From: Candidatus Zhuqueibacterota bacterium RBG_16_48_16
GTDB lineage: Bacteria > Zhuqueibacterota > Zhuqueibacteria > Residuimicrobiales > Sediminimicrobiaceae
Length of the DNA: 29,587 nt
Assembly (NCBI GenBank): GCA_001771235.1
Contig: METF01000314.1
Location: 599 to 30,185, forward strand
Reading direction: 5' to 3'
The notes under the pieces are model-generated. The model saw only the letters and a list, made by a program, of their open reading frames with translations. It was not told where the DNA came from and searched no databases. Below are positions 24,243-29,587 of this stretch, in pieces (within the stretch, counting starts at the first letter, position 1; every line of letters begins with the position of its first letter). Position numbers and translations under genes: made by a program.

Positions 24243-25733
24243 TCATTCCCCGGTCGGCAACGTGACAGTAACTGTCGTGCCTGCTGCCTTATTTGATTCT
24301 ATGATACAAGAGCCGCCGAAGACAATCGCCCGTTCTTTCATGCCCAAAAGTCCGAACGATTTTGGATTGTCCAGGATGTCCATGGAAAAGCCCACACCGT
24401 CATCGATAATCCGAATGACAATGTGCCGGAGTTTCTGATCTATGGTGACCTTGACAGTTTTTGCCCGGGCGTGTCGGCCGATATTGGTCAACGCTTCCTG
24501 AATGATGCGAAAAATAGCTATTTCTCTATTTTTGTCAAGAGATAATTCTTTACGATTCATTTGAAAATCGCATCGGACACCGGACCTGGATTGAAAATCC
24601 TTGATCTGCCATTCTATCGCGGGTACAAGCCCCAGGTTATCAAGGGCCTCGGGCCGCAGTTCCGTAATCAGCCTGCGCAACTTTTTAATTGTCGCGTCAA
24701 TCAACGATTGCATCATGACAATATCTTTTGACAGTTTTGCCAGGCTGAATATTTCATCTCTTTCCTTGATATCCATCTCGATCAGGGACAAATCCATTTT
24801 CAATGCCGTGAGCACCTGAGCTAACTCATCATGAATTTCTCTGGCGATCGCCCCTCTTTCGTCCTCCCGGATGGTTTGCAGGTGTGCCGCCAGAGATCTA
24901 AGTTGCACTTCCGATTTTTTCAGATATTCTATGTTTTGTTTTTGTCGGGTAATGTCCATGGCTGTAAAAGTAAAGCCCTGTTCTGAATCAGATGGGTCGA
25001 GCGGCGCCGCGCTGAGATAGACATCGATGAGGTCTCCGTTTTTCGTTTTGAACCGCGTTTCAATGATGCCCACTCCTTTTTCTGCGATATGCCTATACAC
25101 CTCCTCTCCCACTCTTTGAAATTCTTCTTCAGTTTCATAGATCATTCGCGCGCTTTGGCCAAGCAATTCTTCTTTTGCGTAGCCACTCACCTGGCATGCA
25201 TAATCATTTACGAAGTAAAAAGTTCGATTTTTGATAATGCCGATGCCGATTGGGGCAGCCTGCAAGATACTGCGCATCGTAGCTTCGCTTGTGCGCAGGG
25301 CCTCCTCTGCTTTTTTTCGTTCTGTAATATCTTCGCCCGAGCTCAGTGTCCCGATGATTCTGCCGTTCTCATCTTTTAGAAGAGTGTTACTCCAGGCAAT
25401 GAGCCGGTTCTCGCCGCTTTTTGTACGAATGAAATTTTCAAATTTCGCCATGGATTCGATATCAGCGCCAATATACTTCTTAAAGCCGGTGCGAGTTCTT
25501 TCCCGATCCTCGTCAGGAAGAAATTCGTCGAACCAGTTTTTTCCAATGATTTCGTCTTCTCGATGTCCGAATAATTCGCACCCTTTGCGGTTGATCATCG
25601 CAACCTTCTGTTCACCGTCCAAGGCGACCAGAATGACGCCGGCAATATCCAGACAACGTTGCGCCAGCTCTTTTTGCTGAAAAAGCAGTTGCGAGTGCAT
25701 ATTGTCCTTGACGGACGAATTGTCTTTTTGCAT
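24243..25733 (-). CDS. Cytoplasmic PAS-PAS HisKA_3 sensor kinase
   Basis: Two PAS/PAC units ending DITERK and DITRQK, H-box IAREIHDELAQ, QEALTNIGRHA, DDGVGF and FGLLGMKER. No transmembrane helix. ATG 25733 follows gaggg. Confidence 0.93.
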   Translation of the reverse strand: MQKDNSSVKDNMHSQLLFQQKELAQRCLDIAGVILVALDGEQKVAMINRKGCELFGHREDEIIGKNWFDEFLPDEDRERTRTGFKKYIGADIESMAKFENFIRTKSGENRLIAWSNTLLKDENGRIIGTLSSGEDITERKKAEEALRTSEATMRSILQAAPIGIGIIKNRTFYFVNDYACQVSGYAKEELLGQSARMIYETEEEFQRVGEEVYRHIAEKGVGIIETRFKTKNGDLIDVYLSAAPLDPSDSEQGFTFTAMDITRQKQNIEYLKKSEVQLRSLAAHLQTIREDERGAIAREIHDELAQVLTALKMDLSLIEMDIKERDEIFSLAKLSKDIVMMQSLIDATIKKLRRLITELRPEALDNLGLVPAIEWQIKDFQSRSGVRCDFQMNRKELSLDKNREIAIFRIIQEALTNIGRHARAKTVKVTIDQKLRHIVIRIIDDGVGFSMDILDNPKSFGLLGMKERAIVFGGSCIIESNKAAGTTVTVTLPTGE

Positions 25734-25751
25734 GTTAATTCCCTCTGTCAA

Positions 25752-25787
25752 AATCCGTCCTACCCGTCTCATCCGTTAAATCTGTGT
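25752..25787. repeat. Degenerate 9-bp tandem repeat, four units
   Basis: aatccgtcc tacccgtct catccgtta aatctgtgt. Confidence 0.5.
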
Positions 25788-25890
25788 TCCATCCTGGTTC
25801 TACTTTGTCCAGGTTACTATCTAAGCAGTAAAATTTCGACTATTTCTGGCAAAATATTTTTTAATACCCATTATATCCATAAGAGCTTGT

Positions 25891-25923
25891 AACTCCGGCA
25901 GGGTTCAAAACCCTGTCAGAGTT
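25891..25923. repeat. REP-like hairpin
   Basis: aactccggcagggtt-caa-aaccctgtcagagtt, 13/15 inverted repeat. Confidence 0.65.
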
Positions 25924-26369
25924 GCACTGCGTAAATCTTCATTCAAATTTTCGGTTCTGGCTTGCCCAGGTCAGGATAGAGCTCGAGCGGTTGAAACAAA
26001 AGTATTCATATTTTTTCACTCATCAAGATCTCTACTGAATATGCTTTTCAAAGTCGTTTTGAGGGGTGTTACTGCTGTTCGGGGACCTGAAACTTGACGG
26101 TTGGGGTTCTTGATGTGTAGGAGTTATTTCAACGCTGCAAGCCGTTTTGCATCATTCTTTCTCACAGTAACAATGAAATACGTCGCGGCATTTCCTACCT
26201 TGCTATAATTCTTGCGTTTAAAAAGATAAGGTAGTTTATATGAGAATATTTGGATCGCTGATGCCTTCTATATAGATCAAGTGAACTGTACTAAATATTC
26301 TGCCATGACATAAAAAGCTTGGGAGTAATAGTCCCGTCAGTGGGGTTTACTTTTGTTCGATAAAAGCGC

Positions 26370-26398
26370 TTGTGGGTGATTTTTATGGTAATTATATT
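26370..26398 (+). promoter_or_regulatory. Possible sigma-70 promoter of the men genes
   Basis: TTGTGG, 17 nt, TATATT. The -35 match is weak and the region is AT-rich. Confidence 0.35.
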
Positions 26399-26464
26399 AG
26401 TCACTTTAAAATCAAAACAATATGAACAAGCTTTTTTAGGGAAAGGATCCAATTAGAAGAATTT

Positions 26465-27184
26465 GTGGATTTTATACAGAAGAATAGTTCCCGGCAAAAT
26501 GTAGGGATGATGTTTGACCGTATTTCCCGAAGGTATGATTTTTTAAACAGGCTTCTTTCGCTGCGCCAGGATGTTCGCTGGCGTCGTCGCATGTCGGCCT
26601 TGTTGCCCGATAAAAATAATCTGGACATTCTCGACCTGGCTGCAGGCACAGCGGATGTTCTGGTGATGCTGTCCCGACAAAACGATAAAATACGCTTGGG
26701 CGTGGGCATGGACATGGCGACCCGGATGTTGGCCATAGGGCGGCGAAAAATCTCGCGACTCAAAAGTGCTTCCATATTAAAACTCCTGCCGGGCGATGCG
26801 GCGCATTTGCCATTTCACAACGATCGCTTTGATGCCGTGACCATAGCTTTTGGTATTCGCAATTTTACCGATGTGGATCAGGCGCTTGATGAAATTTACA
26901 CCGTTCTAAAAGCAAATGGCCGTTTGATCGTTCTCGAATTCTCCCTGCCGACAAATGGCGCTTTCAAATCTTTTTATCTGTTTTATTTTCGCAATATCCT
27001 GCCGTTCATCGGCAGCGTCATCTCCGGCGATCCCGCCGCCTATCGATATTTAAATCGTTCCGTGGAAGCCTTCCCTTATGGAACGGCATTTTGCGACTTG
27101 TTGAAACGCCACGGTTTTGCAGACATCACCTCCCATCCGCTCACATTCGGCATTGCCACAATCTACCTCGGCCACAAGCGCTAA
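26465..27184 (+). CDS. menG: Demethylmenaquinone methyltransferase (UbiE/MenG)
   Basis: MFDRISRRYDFLNRLLS...DVRWRR, LDLAAGTAD, TIAFGIRN and LIVLEFS...YRYLNRSVEAFP. Confidence 0.93.
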   Translation: MDFIQKNSSRQNVGMMFDRISRRYDFLNRLLSLRQDVRWRRRMSALLPDKNNLDILDLAAGTADVLVMLSRQNDKIRLGVGMDMATRMLAIGRRKISRLKSASILKLLPGDAAHLPFHNDRFDAVTIAFGIRNFTDVDQALDEIYTVLKANGRLIVLEFSLPTNGAFKSFYLFYFRNILPFIGSVISGDPAAYRYLNRSVEAFPYGTAFCDLLKRHGFADITSHPLTFGIATIYLGHKR

Positions 27185-27278
27185 GAGACCCGGATTTCCG
27201 GAGGGAGAGGAAATTGGCTTTATTGTTTTCCCAGGGATGGTTAAATTGTTTGGACGTAACTTTTCATAAGGAGATTTT

Positions 27279-28661
27279 TTGCACGAGTTAGAGGCAGCAT
27301 ACCGACAACTGCACGACGCATTCGAGCTTGAAACAATCAAGATGGCATCCGAAGATACCGAAGCGGTTTCGAATAAAATCCATCGAATTGAAATTCCTGT
27401 CGAGCCTGTCGATCTAATTAGCTGGTTGCATCACCAGGATTTTGAAGAAAAAATTTACTGGTCGAACCGGAATCGTACATTCGAGATGTGCGGCGTTGGT
27501 TCCGCCTGCTTGATTTCGGGCAACGAAGCTGTGGATTATCCTTGCCTGTTCGACCGCATCGATGCCCTGCTCAAATCGTCCGACCAAAACGTGCGCTGTT
27601 TTGGCGGGCTGGTATTCGACCAGAGCCAGCAGCCGGATGAGGCGTGGCAACACTTTTCCAAATATCGCTTTGCGGTACCAAAGTTCGAAATTGTCCGAAA
27701 TGAAAACTGGTACATGCTGGCGCTCAATTTTGAGATTGACGATAGCCGGGCTCTCCAGGAGCAGACCGGCTCCTTGCGCAATGACATCCTCAGGCTGCGT
27801 CCTCCGAAACCATTAGTTCTTAAAACTACTCCCAAGGTTCTGTCGCGTGAAGACCTGCCGGACCTGGACAGTTGGCTGAACAACGTTAAAACGGCATTAC
27901 GGCTTTTTGATGAAAACGAGCTGCAAAAAATCGTTCTCGCCCGGAAATCGATACTGCGCTTTGGCCGGGAAATGGATCCCACCCAATTGTTGCATTTGCT
28001 CGCTGTCAACAACTTTAAGGCATTTCATTTTTATTTTCAGTTACGCCGTAATTATGCGTTCCTGGGCATTACCCCGGAATTGCTCTATAAAAGAAACGGC
28101 GATGAAATCTTCAGTGAGGCCATTGCCGGAACTCGCCCCAGGGGAGGAAGCGATGCGGAAGATAACGCATTTGGCGACGATCTGTTGAACAGCGACAAAG
28201 ACCTTCGCGAACATCGCTGGGTGAGTGATATGGTGAATGACAGCTTGAAGCCGCTTTGCACCACCATCGATGTGCTTGAGAAGGAAATTCTGTTAAAACT
28301 GTCGCACGTGCAGCATCTTTACACCCAATATCGAGGCGTGCTAGACAACAACACCTCGGATGGCGAGATTCTGTCTATTTTCCACCCAACGCCGGCCGTG
28401 GGCGGTATTCCCCGGCAAAAATCGATGGCAAAAATTGCCGAAATGGAACCTTTCTATCGCGGCTGGTACGCCGGCCCGGTCGGCTGGATGAGCAAAGAGT
28501 CCGCAGAATTCGTCGTCGCCATTCGCTCCGCCCTGGCGATCGGACAGACGTTATCGCTTTTCGCCGGATCGGGTATCGTCAAAGGCTCTTTGCCTGAAAA
28601 GGAATGGGAAGAAACCGAAAACAAGATATTGAACTTTACCAGGCTTTTTTCGCCCCAGTGA
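27279..28661 (+). CDS. menF: Isochorismate synthase
   Basis: KIVLARK, TPELLYKR, EAIAGTRPRG, KDLREH, HPTPAVGG, RGWYAGPVGW and FAGSGIV. Lies directly upstream of menD. TTG start after aaggag. Confidence 0.92.
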   Translation: MHELEAAYRQLHDAFELETIKMASEDTEAVSNKIHRIEIPVEPVDLISWLHHQDFEEKIYWSNRNRTFEMCGVGSACLISGNEAVDYPCLFDRIDALLKSSDQNVRCFGGLVFDQSQQPDEAWQHFSKYRFAVPKFEIVRNENWYMLALNFEIDDSRALQEQTGSLRNDILRLRPPKPLVLKTTPKVLSREDLPDLDSWLNNVKTALRLFDENELQKIVLARKSILRFGREMDPTQLLHLLAVNNFKAFHFYFQLRRNYAFLGITPELLYKRNGDEIFSEAIAGTRPRGGSDAEDNAFGDDLLNSDKDLREHRWVSDMVNDSLKPLCTTIDVLEKEILLKLSHVQHLYTQYRGVLDNNTSDGEILSIFHPTPAVGGIPRQKSMAKIAEMEPFYRGWYAGPVGWMSKESAEFVVAIRSALAIGQTLSLFAGSGIVKGSLPEKEWEETENKILNFTRLFSPQ

Positions 28662-29587
28662 AGCTCTCTGACGAAAACATCAATATGTATTGGTGCTCGC
28701 TTATTGTCGAAGAGCTGGTGAGAAACCAGGTCGTCTATTTTTGTATTTCCCCCGGCTCGAGGTCAGCGCCACTCGCAGTCGCCGCAGCTCGCCATCCGGC
28801 CGTTGATATGATTGTCTGTTATGACGAGCGCGGCGCCGCTTTTCATGCTGTTGGATACGCAAAAGCCTGCGGCCGGCCAGCAGCCCTGATATGCACTTCG
28901 GGTACGGCGGCGGCAAATTATTTCCCCGCCGTTGTCGAAGCCTTTATGGATTATGTGCCTTTGATCGTCCTCACGGCGGACAGGCCGCCCGAATTGCAGG
29001 ATACCGCCGCCAACCAGACCATCTTCCAGTCGCATCTTTACGGCCATCATACCCGCTGGTTCGTTAACTTTCCGTGCCCGGATAGCGCCATCTCTTCCAA
29101 AATGGTTTTGACTACGGTGGACCAGGCCGTTTACAAAGCAAAGGGAAATCCCGCCGGCCCGGTCCATATAAATTGCATGTTTCGCGAGCCCCTGGCGCCG
29201 TCGCCCGCTCCGATGCCGTCGGGCTATTCCCGTGACATTCGGCAGTGGCAAGAGAAGGATTCCCCTTATACATGCTATGCTGAAAAAACAAGCCGGACGG
29301 CATCGAGCACCAACGACCGGCTGAGAGCGGTATTTCAAAAAGCCACCAGGCCGATGCTGGCTGTCGGAAGGCTGCGCCGGCATGAGGACGCGAAAGCGGC
29401 AAGGGGACTGGCGGAGAAGCTTCAGTGGCCGGTGTACGCCGACATCGCTTCCGGCTTGCGGCTTGGCAACAAGAGCAAATACCTGTTGTCCCATTTCGAT
29501 CTGCTCATGCTTTCCGAAAAGCTGATGTCAAAACATCAGCCGGATGTCATCCTGCAAATAGGCGGCCGAATGACTTCCGCACGATAT
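28658..29587 (+). CDS. menD: SEPHCHC synthase MenD, 3' end outside the window (absent from the ORF track because no stop is reached)
   Basis: GTG overlaps the menF stop (GTGA). Translation gives MKLSDENINMYW...ISPGSRSAPL...DERGAAF...ICTSGTAAANYFPAVVEA...LTADRPPEL...ANQTI...GPVHINCMFREPL. Confidence 0.96.
   Translation, partial: MKLSDENINMYWCSLIVEELVRNQVVYFCISPGSRSAPLAVAAARHPAVDMIVCYDERGAAFHAVGYAKACGRPAALICTSGTAAANYFPAVVEAFMDYVPLIVLTADRPPELQDTAANQTIFQSHLYGHHTRWFVNFPCPDSAISSKMVLTTVDQAVYKAKGNPAGPVHINCMFREPLAPSPAPMPSGYSRDIRQWQEKDSPYTCYAEKTSRTASSTNDRLRAVFQKATRPMLAVGRLRRHEDAKAARGLAEKLQWPVYADIASGLRLGNKSKYLLSHFDLLMLSEKLMSKHQPDVILQIGGRMTSARY

Noticed and set aside
25891-25923. tRNA fragment suggested by ggttcaaaacc
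   Set aside because: No cloverleaf can be built; a simple REP-like hairpin explains it.
28763-29494. 243-aa minus-strand ORF
   Set aside because: Antisense to menD, which is unambiguous on the plus strand.
1-29587. CRISPR array, prophage, anti-phage defence genes, or stop-codon recoding
   Set aside because: No regularly spaced repeats, no phage or defence motifs, and all conserved genes translate intact with the standard bacterial code.

Overview
Bacterial chromosomal window with five modules and no tRNA, rRNA, CRISPR array or transposase gene that I can see. (1) 1-7229 (+): a glycan-biosynthesis island with a PfkB/RfaE-like sugar kinase (5' truncated), GmhA-like phosphoheptose isomerase, a PAPS-type sulfotransferase, two SAM methyltransferases (one TPR-fused) and two tandemly duplicated GT2-TPR glycosyltransferases. 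(2) 7407-13701 (+): a late flagellar locus with a near-consensus sigma-28 promoter, a CsrA-type leader, flagellin, fliS, fliD, flaG, a helical chaperone-like ORF and a flgM-like ORF, followed by a polysaccharide deacetylase and a small Cys-rich protein. (3) 14152-20831 (+): an orphan AgmX/PglI (TonB-C-like) membrane protein, the ffh-rpsP-rimM-trmD-rplS operon and a long-chain acyl-CoA synthetase. (4) 20982-25733 (-): a five-gene signalling cluster (PAS-PAS HisKA_3 kinase, NarL-type regulator, stand-alone receiver, pseudo-receiver, and a HisKA_2 kinase whose GAF and PAS domains appear collapsed to remnants). (5) 26465-end (+): menG-menF-menD. Intergenic spaces carry several miniature repeat or MITE-like elements. 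The best candidate for an undescribed system is a flagellin glycosylation pathway that may attach a sulfated and methylated, possibly heptose-containing, glycan. The taxon cannot be determined from this window; an FCB-group organism (KSB1/Calditrichota-like) is a low-confidence guess. All family assignments come from motifs read by eye, not from database searches.
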